Under the pieces are notes generated by a model, which saw nothing but the letters and a program-made list of their open reading frames with translations, was not told where the DNA came from and made no database searches. Shown one piece after another: positions 8,215 to 18,087 of a DNA stretch of 64,000 nt. The stretch comes from Candidatus Latescibacterota bacterium (GTDB lineage: Bacteria > Latescibacterota > UBA2968 > UBA8231), in NCBI GenBank assembly GCA_965248355.1, contig OZ252098.1, positions 1,440,001 to 1,504,000 on the forward strand, written 5' to 3'. The translations under genes and the position numbers were made by a program. Positions within the stretch are counted from its first letter, which is position 1. Each line of letters begins with the position of its first letter.

Positions 8215-9416
8215 GCCAAGGGGCCCGGGCCCGCGGCGGGGTCCTGTCCGCAGAAGTTCAGGGCGGTGGCCGCGTAGACCCGCGCCACCCGCACCAGCTC
8301 GGCCACGGGGACCCGTTCGCCGGTGGTGTGGGCCCCGGTCGCCGCCGGACCATGGGTGATGGCGGGGATCCCGGCTTGCGCGCAGAAGCGGTTGCCGTCA
8401 TCGAGGAAGGGCTTGTCCGCCCAGGGCAGGGCGGCGCCGTCCATGGCCTCCACCGCGCCTTGGAAAGCCCTCACGAGGGGGTCCTCCGGGCGCAGCTCGA
8501 AGGCCTCCCCCACGATCTGGAACTCCACCCGGGCCTCGGCGCCGAAGCGGGAGGCCACGGACCCGGCCAGGGCCGCCAGCTCCTCGCGGACCGTCTCGCC
8601 CCGGCCTTGGGAGACCCATCGGCGCGTGCCCTGGAGCCGGCAGGCCACCGGGGCCTGGTTGAAGATCTCCCCCGACCCGAGCTTGCCCACGAAGACGGAG
8701 TCCCGGCCGCTCACCTCGTGGCGGGTCTGGCTCAGGCGCGCGTCCAGATCTCTAAGCTCCCCCACCAGGGCGGCCCCGGCGGCGACCACGTCCGGGGTCT
8801 CCGGGGGCCGCAGGACCTCGTGCACGGCCTCCCCCGGCCGGGTCAGGCGGATGTCGAAGACGCCCATGCCGCGGCCCGCTCCCGGCAGCCGGTCGGCCAG
8901 GTACTCGGGCAGGAGCACGCCGTCGCCCACGTATCCCTCCCGGATGAGGGCCGCCAGCTGACGGCCGTCCCCCCAGGGAGCCTCGTGGTGGTCGTGGGCG
9001 GTGAGCAGGATCCCGCCGGCCCGCGGCAGGCCGGAGTCGCGCAGGGCGCGCAGGGCCTCCACGGCGGCGGCGATTCCGCCCTTCATGTCCGCCGACCCCG
9101 AGCCCGTGAGCACGCCGCCGCGGACGGCCGGCGGCTCGAAGGGCAGGTGCACGATGTCCAGGTGGCCGTTGAACTGCAGCCAGCGCCCCGGGGCGCCGCT
9201 GTCGAGACGGGCGACGACCGCCGGCGACTCCGGCCAGTCGGCGGCCGGACGCTCCACCTCGAAGCCGTCCGCCCGCAACCGCCGGTCCAGCCGCTCCGCC
9301 GCTTCCCCGGCGGATCTCGTGGGGCTGGCCGCGGCGACCAGGTCCACCGCGGTCTCCAGCAGGCGAGTCTCGTCGACGGCCTCGGCCACGGCGCGGTGAT
9401 CAGCAGCGCCGGTCAT
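8211..9416 (-). CDS. M20/ArgE/DapE-family amidohydrolase
   Basis: NGHLD, GSADMKGG, C-terminal GAHT. GGAGGAG RBS before ATG 9416. Confidence 0.85.
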   Translation of the reverse strand: MTGAADHRAVAEAVDETRLLETAVDLVAAASPTRSAGEAAERLDRRLRADGFEVERPAADWPESPAVVARLDSGAPGRWLQFNGHLDIVHLPFEPPAVRGGVLTGSGSADMKGGIAAAVEALRALRDSGLPRAGGILLTAHDHHEAPWGDGRQLAALIREGYVGDGVLLPEYLADRLPGAGRGMGVFDIRLTRPGEAVHEVLRPPETPDVVAAGAALVGELRDLDARLSQTRHEVSGRDSVFVGKLGSGEIFNQAPVACRLQGTRRWVSQGRGETVREELAALAGSVASRFGAEARVEFQIVGEAFELRPEDPLVRAFQGAVEAMDGAALPWADKPFLDDGNRFCAQAGIPAITHGPAATGAHTTGERVPVAELVRVARVYAATALNFCGQDPAAGPGPLA

Positions 9417-9484
9417 GCTGTTCTCCTCCTCCACGGCCTCTCCCCTTTCACTGTCACGGGAACTTTGGTAGTCTAAGCCGCACC

Positions 9485-11074
9485 ATGCGCCCGACACCAC
9501 CACCCTACGGCATCATCTACAACTGGGACGGGGCCCCTCACGGGTACGACGAGGTCCCCCAGTCTATGGAGTCCTTCCTGGAGCGCGTCTACGCGCCGGT
9601 GGAACAGACCCAGGTGGGCGCCCTGTTCTGGTGCGTCGGCGAGCACGGGGCGCGCTGGCCCTCGACCGTCCTGGAGCAGCTCGGCGACATCCACTCGCGG
9701 CGCTACGAAGGGGCCGGCCCCCTGGCGCACACCGAGAACATCCGCCTCATGGTCGAGCGCGGGGAGGACCCGCAGGCGGCGCTCATCGAACGCGGCCGCA
9801 GCCTGGGGCTGCAGGTCTACGCCTCGATGCGCATGAACGACAACCACTTCAACGGCGCCCAGGTCTCCGACCTGCCCACCCTGCACCACACGGAGATGAC
9901 CGACCTGCGGCGCCAGCACCCCGAGTGGCTCCTGGGCTCCCGCACCTCCGAGTGGTTCGCCCTCTCCTGGGACATGTCGGTCCCCGAGGTGCGCCGCCAC
10001 CGGCTCGAGCACATCCGCGAGGTCTGCGAGCGCTACGACTGGGACGGCGTCGAGCTGGACTGGCAGCGCCACGCCTTCCACCTGCCCGCCGACGACGCCT
10101 TCCGCCTGCGCTACGTCCTCACCGACCTGCAGCGGGCCGTGCGCCGCTGCGCCGACGAGATCGGCCGGAAGCGCGGGAGGCCGCTGTTCGTGGCCGTGCG
10201 GGTCGCCGGCAACCTGCACATGTGCGAGCAGCTCGGCTACGACCTGCCCGCCTGGCTGGAGGAGGGTCTGGTGGACCTCGTCGCGGCCGGCGGCGGGGCG
10301 GCCACCGACCCCGACGTGGACGTGGCCGGTTTCACCGACCTCTGCAGGACCCATGGCGTGCCCATGTACCCCGGCTTCGACGGCGGCCTCCCCGACCCCT
10401 GGGTCGGCCCCGAGCCGGCCGATGACAAGGACCGGCTGCGCACCCGCGCCATCGCCGCCCGCCACTGGCACCAGGGCGCCGACGGGATCTACGCCTTCAA
10501 CTGGCACGCCGGCCGGAACAACCGCCGCGAGCTGCTGAACCAGGTCGGCAGCCCGGAGAGCCTGGCCGCCACCGACAAGGTCCATGCCGCCACCCACCGG
10601 TTCCTCCAGCACGAGGGGGATTGGCGCGGCGCCTACAGCAACGACCGCGTGCGGGGCACGGTCCCGGTGGCCCTCAAGGAGACGATCACCGAATCCGGCC
10701 CGCTGATCCTCCTCGACGTGGCCGACGACTTCGAGACCCACCCGCCCCGCGCCCTGGAGCTGCGCCTCCACCTGAGCGAGTGGGCCCGGGGCGACGAGGT
10801 CACCGTCCGCTGGGACGGCGCCGAGCTGCCGGCGCCCACCGTGACCTACGACACCACCGGCGATCCCCACGGGATCTCGGGGGTGCAGGCCGCCGCGTGG
10901 GTGCGATTCGCACTGGCCCCCGGCCAGGTGAAAGGTGGGCGGCATGGCGTCGAGGTCATCCTGCGGCGACGTCATCCGCAGATGGCCTGCGATCTCGTGT
11001 TGACCGACGTGGAGCTGGTGGTGGCCTACTCGGAAGGCCTGGCCGGCACCCTGCTGGAAGCCGCCGGCTCCTGA
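9485..11074 (+). CDS. GH10-like (GHL10/DUF187) TIM-barrel protein, no signal peptide
   Basis: IIYNWDG, ASMRMND, YDWDGVELDW, GADGIYAFN, followed by a beta-rich C-terminal domain. Confidence 0.7.
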   Translation: MRPTPPPYGIIYNWDGAPHGYDEVPQSMESFLERVYAPVEQTQVGALFWCVGEHGARWPSTVLEQLGDIHSRRYEGAGPLAHTENIRLMVERGEDPQAALIERGRSLGLQVYASMRMNDNHFNGAQVSDLPTLHHTEMTDLRRQHPEWLLGSRTSEWFALSWDMSVPEVRRHRLEHIREVCERYDWDGVELDWQRHAFHLPADDAFRLRYVLTDLQRAVRRCADEIGRKRGRPLFVAVRVAGNLHMCEQLGYDLPAWLEEGLVDLVAAGGGAATDPDVDVAGFTDLCRTHGVPMYPGFDGGLPDPWVGPEPADDKDRLRTRAIAARHWHQGADGIYAFNWHAGRNNRRELLNQVGSPESLAATDKVHAATHRFLQHEGDWRGAYSNDRVRGTVPVALKETITESGPLILLDVADDFETHPPRALELRLHLSEWARGDEVTVRWDGAELPAPTVTYDTTGDPHGISGVQAAAWVRFALAPGQVKGGRHGVEVILRRRHPQMACDLVLTDVELVVAYSEGLAGTLLEAAGS

Positions 11075-11400
11075 CGGCCGCCCGACGCCTGGGCGCCTGA
11101 GACCCGTTGCAACCCCCTCTCCGTTGAAGATCACCGCCCTCGAGCTGACGCCGGTGCGCACCCACCGCGAGATGGGACGCCGCGCCCCCAGCGATCCCGA
11201 GCCGGCCGAGTCCCGCCACGTGGTCGTGCAGCTCCACACCAACGCGGGCGTGACCGGGCTCGGCGAGATGTCGGATGTGGGCTGGGAGTTGGACGCCGGA
11301 TCCGCCGCCCGCCTGCAGGCCGCCCTGGAGCCGCTGCTGCTCGGCGCCGACGCCTGGCGCCGGGGCCCGCTGCTGGAAGAGCTATCGCGCCGTCCCTGGG

Positions 11401-11907
11401 GGAAGTGTACCCCGTCAACTGGACAGGAATTGGGCTTGTACAAGCGAGAGTCTCGAGGGGAGGGTCCAGTTCGGCGAGGAATTCTTCAAAGCTCATCGGG
11501 CCCAGATGTAAGTATTGAATGCGCCCTACGGGCATGGTAAAGGTGTGGGAGCCCGCGGCGACAACCGGCAACTCGGGGTGGTCCTCGAGGAAATAGCGCA
11601 GGGCGGGCAGGGCGTGGGGGGTCGCCTGGATTTCGTCGAGGAAGAGTATGCTGCCCGGTGCCAACAGCGGTTGATCCAGGAGCCCTTGGAGTTCCCGGCG
11701 GATGTGCCTCAGGTCCAAGGTCTGGAACACGGGGTCCAGGTCCGGGTGGCGCTCGAGGTTGATTTCGTTGAGGTGCAGGTGATTGGACTGGGCGAATTGT
11801 CGCACCAGGGTGGATTTGCCCACTTGACGGGCCCCGCGGATGACCAGCGGCTTTCGCTGTGGAGCGGCCAGCCATTTGGCCAGAGCGCGTTCAGCCGACC
11901 TGTACAT
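11401..11907 (-). pseudogene. 5' fragment of an AAA_14/DUF4143-type ATPase
   Basis: KPLVIRGARQVGKS (Walker A), LFLDEIQ (Walker B), MPVGR..LGPMSFEEFL. Stops making sense after about 155 aa; lower GC than the flanks. Confidence 0.8.
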
Positions 11908-11917
11908 GATGAATAAG

Positions 11918-11968
11918 AATGCCCCCGTTTTCGTGCGTATAGCGTACGAAAACGGGGGCATTTTGCAA
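11918..11968 (-). promoter_or_regulatory. 17-bp perfect inverted repeat (operator-like) overlapping a putative promoter of the AAA fragment
   Basis: aatgcccccgttttcgt-N11-acgaaaacgggggcatt at 11918-11962. Minus strand TTGCAA-N16-TACGCT. Confidence 0.65.
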
Positions 11969-13528
11969 GGAGGGCGCCGAGCTGCCGGCGCCCACCGTGA
12001 CCTACTGCTGGAGGAGCTGTCGCGCCGTCCCTGGGAGCACCAGGTCCTCTGCGGCATCGACATGGCCGTGCACGACGCGGTGGCGCGTGAGCTCGGCGTG
12101 CCTCTAACCGCCCTCCTCGGGGGCGCCTTTCGCGACCGCGTCCCCTTCGCCTATCCCCTCGCCTGCTGCCGGGACGAGGCGACGTGGCGGCCAACCTCGA
12201 CCGCATCGAGCGCCGCCTCGGCGAGGGGCATGGCGCCTTCCGCTACTACTTCGGCGTCGACCTGGATTGTGACGAGAGCCTCCTCGACCGGGCCCGCTCC
12301 CGCTGGGGCGACGGCCTGACGCTGACCGCCCTCGACGCCAGCGGCCGCTTCTCGCCCGCCGACGCCGTGGCGGCGCTGAAACGCCTGGCGCCCTTTGCTC
12401 CGGACGTCTTCGAGTCCCCGGTGCGCGGCCGGCACCGTGCGCCGGCGGAGGACTTCCTGGCGGTGAAGGCCGAGATCGACGTGCCGATCTCCGAGCACAC
12501 GGCCGACGAAGCCTCAGCCCTGCGGATGGCCCGGGCCGGCGCCGTGGACGTCTTCAACACCGGACTCGGGTACGCCGGCATCGAGCCCTGCCGCCGCACC
12601 TTCGCCATGGCCCGCCAGTTCGGTCTGGGAACGCTGATGGGCAGCACCGTGGAGATGTCGATCGGCACCGCCGCGAGAGTCCACGTGGCGGCGGCCACGG
12701 CGAACCTCGATCACGGCTGCTACATGGCGGGCCCCTTGGTGTACCACGAGGACCTAACCGTGGAGCCGGTCCGCTACGAAGAGGGGCAGGTGCTGGTGCC
12801 CGACGGCCCGGGGCTGGGCGTCGAGCTGGATCCCGAGAAGCTGCGGGCGCTGCAGATCTGAGCGGCGCTATTCGATGCGGCTCCAGCCTCTCATCGAAGC
12901 AGAGTCAGTTTCCTCATCTTGACGACATCGCCCGCGACGAGACGGGCCAGGTACACCCCGCTGGCAAGGGATTCGTGCCCTTCGGTGTCCCACACGGCCT
13001 CGTAGGCGCCGGGAGAGTGCATCCCGTTGGCCAGAGAGGCCATCGGCTGACCGAGGGCATTGTAGATGGTCAGCGTTACCTGACCGTCCCGGGAGACCGT
13101 GTAAGGAATCCTCGTCTCGCCGTTGAAGGGGTTGGGATAGTTGCTGTGCAAGGCAGATACGGACGGTTCGGAGAGATGGTGCACAGCTGTCCTGGCAGGG
13201 AGGTAGAGGGCGATGCTTTCTGGACGTTCGTTGTTTCGCCCATAGAGGAAGTGTTCAAAATAAACGGAATGCGCATCTATTTCGTCCCTGTCCAACCGAT
13301 GGAGACTCACCCAATCCGCCGCCTGCAATGGGCCCAGCGGACTCGATTGCCAAGTCATCCAGTATACCCGATCACGAGCCAGGGCGATGGGAGTGCGGTC
13401 CCATACAAGAAAGCCATGTGGGTCTCGGTAAAGGCTTTCCCTTTCACCGCCATCCGAATCAATCCTCCACAATCCCTTTTCGTCTGCCCAGTAGATCAAC
13501 TCTTGTTGACCATCAACAGCAATGTCGT

Positions 13529-14382
13529 GAACCTATCTCAAAATTGAAATTGCTTAAGTAAAATCAGGATGGAGGCAAGTTGGACGAAGCCAAGAAAATT
13601 CTCCGGATACAATTCCCAGCGAGTGATCACTCGACGCTGCCATTGAAGCCAAGCGAAGAATCTCTCCACCATCCAACGCCGCACATAGCGACGCAATCGG
13701 CGTCCGTCCTGAGTCTTTTTCTTGGTTCGGTTCTGGCGATGGGGAGCGATCATCTCGACCCCTTCTTTCTTCAGCTCCTCATCTAACGGGTCGCTGTCGT
13801 AGGCTTTGTCTCCAATCAAGTTCTTGGGTTTGTCTTCGATCAGGTAGAAGTCAAACGTCAACTGAACCAGCGTCACTTCATGATGGTTCGCTGCATGCGT
13901 GCTCACCGACAAGGGAAGCCCATGGCGGTCCACGATCCCCATGACTCGTACGCCCTTGCCTCGCTTGGTGTGGCCGATATCGGCACCTCCACCCTTGGCC
14001 GCCGAGAACATGCCATCAATGAAAGCTTCCGATTCGTCCAAGTCCCCTTGCTCGTGAAGAGTCTGGGCCAGGTCCACGAGAACTTCGCGTAACACCCCTT
14101 GACGACACCAATTTTGAAAACGGCGATGCACGGTTTTGTAGTTCGGATAGCACTGCGGCAACATATGCCATTGAGCCCCGGTATTGAGAATCCAAAGCAC
14201 AGCTTCAAGAACGTCACGGGTGGCAATCGGTTTACGACCCGGATGGCTCCCGGGGCGATGCTCCTCAGGAAAGTGATGACGGATCCGTTCCCATTGCTGG
14301 TCGGTCAGAGTAACCATACAGTAATGGTACATCATCAGCAATCAGAACTCAAGGTTATGTGTAGTGATTTTGAGATAGGTTC
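13529..14382 (-). mobile_element. IS5-family insertion sequence (IS427-like), 854 bp
   Basis: Perfect 16-bp TIRs GAACCTATCTCAAAAT (13529-13544) / ATTTTGAGATAGGTTC (14367-14382). 2-bp GT target duplication. Confidence 0.93.
13538..14317 (-). CDS. IS5-family DDE transposase
   Basis: LTDQQWERI, TGAQW..LP..YP.YKTVHRRF, FIDG, GDKAYDS, RW.VERFFAWL. Confidence 0.93.
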   Translation of the reverse strand: MVTLTDQQWERIRHHFPEEHRPGSHPGRKPIATRDVLEAVLWILNTGAQWHMLPQCYPNYKTVHRRFQNWCRQGVLREVLVDLAQTLHEQGDLDESEAFIDGMFSAAKGGGADIGHTKRGKGVRVMGIVDRHGLPLSVSTHAANHHEVTLVQLTFDFYLIEDKPKNLIGDKAYDSDPLDEELKKEGVEMIAPHRQNRTKKKTQDGRRLRRYVRRWMVERFFAWLQWQRRVITRWELYPENFLGFVQLASILILLKQFQF

Positions 14383-15899
14383 GTATAGAGGACGATCCAA
14401 TCCATCCACGAGCAGCTCAATGTCTGAGCCATCCTGACTTGCGCAGTAGATGTTCATTGCCTGCCAGCACACTCGCTCTCTGACTGAATCGTAAGCTATG
14501 CTCATTGGAGGCCATAGGGAAACGACAGGAAAGGACTCGCCCAACTGAATCACAGGCTCGGCGTCGGATCCATCGAGATTGGAGGACCAAATCTCTGCTG
14601 TTGCATTGTCGGACCAGTACAATCGGCCATCGGTGGCCAGCACATCAGAAACATCAAGGGACTCTGAAGCAATGACCCGAAGGTCTGATCCGTCCAAGCC
14701 GGCCTCAAAGACGGAGCCTGACAGTCTGTCCCCCCACAGGATTCTCCCCCGCTTGGAATCCGCAAAGATGCCCGATGGACTGCGCACGGTCGGAGCGAAC
14801 AACGTCTGCAGATCCTTCCCATCTCTATCACAACTGCGGAGAGTGCCGGCGAGATCCGACCAGAATATCCTTCCCTCGTACACAGCCATGTCCACGATAT
14901 TCGATGTCGCCTCCCAGGGCAGCCCTGACACTCCCTCACCAGCCATCTCATCCCGGAACCCAGGTACATCGACAACCAGGTCCGACGGAAGCCCCTCAAG
15001 TGTCGTTCGGAAAATCTCACCGTCCTTGGCCCAATAGATTTCCTCCTTCTCTGAGTCAATCGCGATCTGCTGAGCCGGGACTTCCATGAACAAGGAGATT
15101 CCCTCCTTTCCATCTGCAAGCCGTGATCTCCCTATGCCACCGGTCGCAGACCAGTAGATGACCCCATGCATGTAGTCCATCTCCAGGTCGAAGACGCCTT
15201 GCGGGCTCCCATTGTCACGGTAGCCCGTCATCTCCTCCAGGAGGTAAACCATCTCTGCAGCACCTTCCGAATCAGGGAGGATGTCAAGGGATTTCAGACC
15301 CTCCACGTCAATGAAGTAGAGCTTCCTTCGGATCGGATCCATCACTACTTCATACGGTCCGTACAACCCCAGTCCATTCGCTTGGGATCGAAAGGACCGG
15401 GACCAGTCATCCGGAGCATCCAAGGCACTACCGCCGACAATGAAACCGTGGGTATCGCTGCCGGGCGCGTATCCTGTGGAGTATATCTTGCGATCCTGGG
15501 GATCTATATCAATGTTAACAAGGCCGTTTCCACCGTTGTAGTTCCATGCCTCCAAGTCCGAACCATCCAAATTGGAGCGATAGGTCGTTGATTTCTGCCC
15601 CGGATAGCCCCAATCGAAATGAGTCCAATATAACTTCCCTTCTGCCTCATCTATCGCAATACCACCGGGACGCCGCAGGTCTGCTTCGACAATCCACTCT
15701 TGACTGCCGGAGTGCATGTTCCACCGCGCGATGCCTCTCTCGGATGTCCAGTACATCATGTCCCCAACCTCAGCCATCGCCGAGGAAGGCCAGAGGTCCA
15801 TGAGAGCAACCAGGAAGGGACAGGCGATCAGGATGATGGACATGGGGAAGCCTCCTTGGTCAGTTGAACCGCACGGTTGCCTCTGCTTGACCGCTGGAC

Positions 15900-16613
15900 C
15901 TACGCAAGTATCTCCACCGTCGCCGCCAGCAGCTTCTCCCCCTTCATCATCTGGCACCTGGCCTTGCCGATCGTCCCGTCGACGATCCGGCCGCGCGCGC
16001 GCAGCACCTCTTCGATGCGGGCGAAGGCAACCGTGTGGCCCATCATCTCCGTCAGGGTGATATCCATCTCCCCGTGCTCGGGATGGTTCAGGACCACGAC
16101 CTCCGGCTTCTCCGGTGAGAACCTCCCGTGGCGGTCGGCGCCGGCATAGTCCTCGCCGATGTGGATCGATGAATTCGAGGTGTGATCCACCCCGAGAAGG
16201 AAGATGTAACCCCCCTTCCTGATCAGGCGGTCCAGGGCGCAGTCCTTGCCGAGGGCGCCGCGATTCAGGTCGTCCTCGACCAGGCTTTGTGCATCGGGAC
16301 CGATGGCGGTCACCGCGTGGGTCGGGTGGAGACTCCGTACCGCTCCGGGGTAGTGTCTTGCCGCTTCCGTGACCGCCCCGTTGAGCGAGGCCGACTTCAG
16401 GGGATCGAAGTACTGGCAGCTGCTGTGGGTGAAGGTCGGCACCATCAGGGTGCCCTCGGGGCCCAGAACATCAAGAAACGCCTGCACTACCGTTGCGGCT
16501 CCGCCCTCGACGTGTCCCATGCTCGACAGAGAGCTGTGGACCATCACCCGGTCGCCGGCTTGGAGGCCCATGGCCGCCACGCTGGTTGAGATGTCGGTTC
16601 GCGTGACGCTCAT
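15900..16613 (-). CDS. AAC(3)/YokD-family N-acetyltransferase
   Basis: VMVHSSLSSMG, GTLMVPTFT, RSLHPTHAV, LLGV..SNSSIH. ATGA overlap with the upstream gene. Confidence 0.85.
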   Translation of the reverse strand: MSVTRTDISTSVAAMGLQAGDRVMVHSSLSSMGHVEGGAATVVQAFLDVLGPEGTLMVPTFTHSSCQYFDPLKSASLNGAVTEAARHYPGAVRSLHPTHAVTAIGPDAQSLVEDDLNRGALGKDCALDRLIRKGGYIFLLGVDHTSNSSIHIGEDYAGADRHGRFSPEKPEVVVLNHPEHGEMDITLTEMMGHTVAFARIEEVLRARGRIVDGTIGKARCQMMKGEKLLAATVEILA

Positions 16614-18073
16614 CGATCCCAGATGCCGTACTCGACGACCAGCTCCACGTCCTCGATCCCCACCTTGCTGCGCAGTCCGGCGGCGCGCTCCAGCAGGGCG
16701 ATCTCCAGGCGGTTCGTCCCCTGCCTGAGGGAAGACCGGTCCACCTCGATCTCCAGCCACATCCCCGTGTAAGGAGCGACCGCCTGCATGGGGCTGCGCC
16801 GCGCCCCGTCGAGGGAGACCGCTTCCCCGTTGAGGCGGACCTCCAGCCGGTCGTCCCGCACCAGGTCGCTGAAGCACAGGCGCAGGCGGGTGGAGCCGAT
16901 GCGGGCGTTGCCCTCCACGTCGTCGGCGATGGTCAGGGGGATCTCGTGCATGCGGCCGAGGTCGGCGGCCGGATCGATGGAGATGGGCAGGTGGGAGGGG
17001 TAGTTGACGTCCTGCACGTGCTCCACGTCGGTGCGGCGGCGCAGGAAGTAGTGCTTGTCGCCCTCGGCGATCTGCTCCGGCCCCGAGAGCTGGCCGAGGA
17101 CGGCGCGCTCCCCCTCCCCGAGGGGCCAGGGCATGAACCAGGTGTAGAGGCCGTCCACCCCCAGGCGCCAGGCATTGGCCGCCGCCGCCCGGAACATGGA
17201 CGGCGAGGGATGCAGCCGGGCGTTGAAGCGGCGGCTCTCGTCGGCGTAGTAGGGGTGGAGCATGTAGTAGACGGAGACGTCGCGGGCGTGGGCCGCCTCC
17301 ACGAGCCACTCCACCGGCATGGCGGAGTCGAGGATCATGTGGGCGTATACCATGGGTACCACATAGTCCACGAGCCCTTCCTCGAGCCAGCGCTCCACTT
17401 CCAGACCGGTCTTGCGGTTCACCTCCGCCGTCGGATAGATCCGGGCGCCGACGATGCCGGCGTCCTTCCCGGGCCGGTTGAGCACCGCGTCGGACGCGCG
17501 GCGGAGCCACTCGGTCATCACCGGCCCCAGGCCCTCGGCCTCCTCCTGCGGGAACCAGAAGGCGGTGCCGCCGGGGGCGGCGGCGAAGTCCAGCTCCACG
17601 CCCTCGGTGTCGTAGTCGACGGCCAACTCGGTCACACCGCGCAGCATGAAGTCGCGCACATCCTCCTGCGCCATGCCCGGCCCCCCCTCGCGGGGCGAGA
17701 CCTCCTTGGGCAGGCCGGCGTAGGCGCCCATGCGCAGGGAGGCGAGGAAGTCCATGCCGCGGTCGTGGGCGCGGTCGACGAGGACCTGCAGCGGGTCGTG
17801 GCCGCGTTCGATGAGGCTCTGCATGTTGTGCCACACCCGCCAGTAGGCGCACTGCTCGAAAGCGCCCTGCATGTCCTGGCCGAAGGGCAGCCCCACCTTG
17901 GACGGGTAGAACCAGCCGTCGTCGCGGGCCATGCCGTAGACGAAGGTGTCGACGCCGGTGTCGGCGACCTCGTCGACGGGGGCCCAGGCGTCCTCCAGGC
18001 GCATGGGCGGCTCGTGGACGAAGAGGTAGTAGTGGCGGGCGTCGTTGAAGTAGATGGTGCGGCGCTGGCGCAT
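16610..18073 (-). CDS. GH10-like TIM-barrel protein
   Basis: IYFNDARH, ASLRMG, YDTEGVELDF, GVDGLYTW. AAGGAG RBS. Confidence 0.7.
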   Translation of the reverse strand: MRQRRTIYFNDARHYYLFVHEPPMRLEDAWAPVDEVADTGVDTFVYGMARDDGWFYPSKVGLPFGQDMQGAFEQCAYWRVWHNMQSLIERGHDPLQVLVDRAHDRGMDFLASLRMGAYAGLPKEVSPREGGPGMAQEDVRDFMLRGVTELAVDYDTEGVELDFAAAPGGTAFWFPQEEAEGLGPVMTEWLRRASDAVLNRPGKDAGIVGARIYPTAEVNRKTGLEVERWLEEGLVDYVVPMVYAHMILDSAMPVEWLVEAAHARDVSVYYMLHPYYADESRRFNARLHPSPSMFRAAAANAWRLGVDGLYTWFMPWPLGEGERAVLGQLSGPEQIAEGDKHYFLRRRTDVEHVQDVNYPSHLPISIDPAADLGRMHEIPLTIADDVEGNARIGSTRLRLCFSDLVRDDRLEVRLNGEAVSLDGARRSPMQAVAPYTGMWLEIEVDRSSLRQGTNRLEIALLERAAGLRSKVGIEDVELVVEYGIWDR

Positions 18074-18087
18074 GGGGAGAGACTCCT

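Larger units (their letters stand above)
11124..12861 (+). pseudogene. Mandelate racemase/muconate lactonizing (enolase superfamily) gene broken by an insertion at 11401-12004 and a 1-nt frameshift near 12180
   Basis: N-part (MKITALE...GVTGLGE...LLEELSRRPW) resumes at ~12005 (LLEELSRRPWEHQVLCGIDMAVHD). The frame shifts at GAG GC|GAC GTG into VAANLD...FESP...ISEH...PDGPGLGVELD. Confidence 0.85.
12891..15843 (-). pseudogene. Secreted YWTD (LDL-receptor class B) repeat protein with C-terminal FlgD-Ig/T9SS-like tail, interrupted by an IS5-family element
   Basis: AAGGAGG RBS, signal peptide, about 12 YWTD-like blades (YWTS, LYWTH, IYWS, IFWSD, LYWSD, IYWAD...), tail SNYPNPFN...SGVYLARL...KLTLLR. 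Removing the IS plus one GT restores the frame (RPLY|DIAVD), giving 698 aa. Confidence 0.85.

Noticed and set aside
11401..11972. Insert as an IS, MITE or intron
   Set aside because: No terminal inverted repeats, transposase or splice-type structure. The host gene also carries an independent frameshift.
15900..16613. AAC(3) as a true aminoglycoside resistance gene
   Set aside because: It is translationally coupled within a metabolic operon, and the family includes many non-resistance members.
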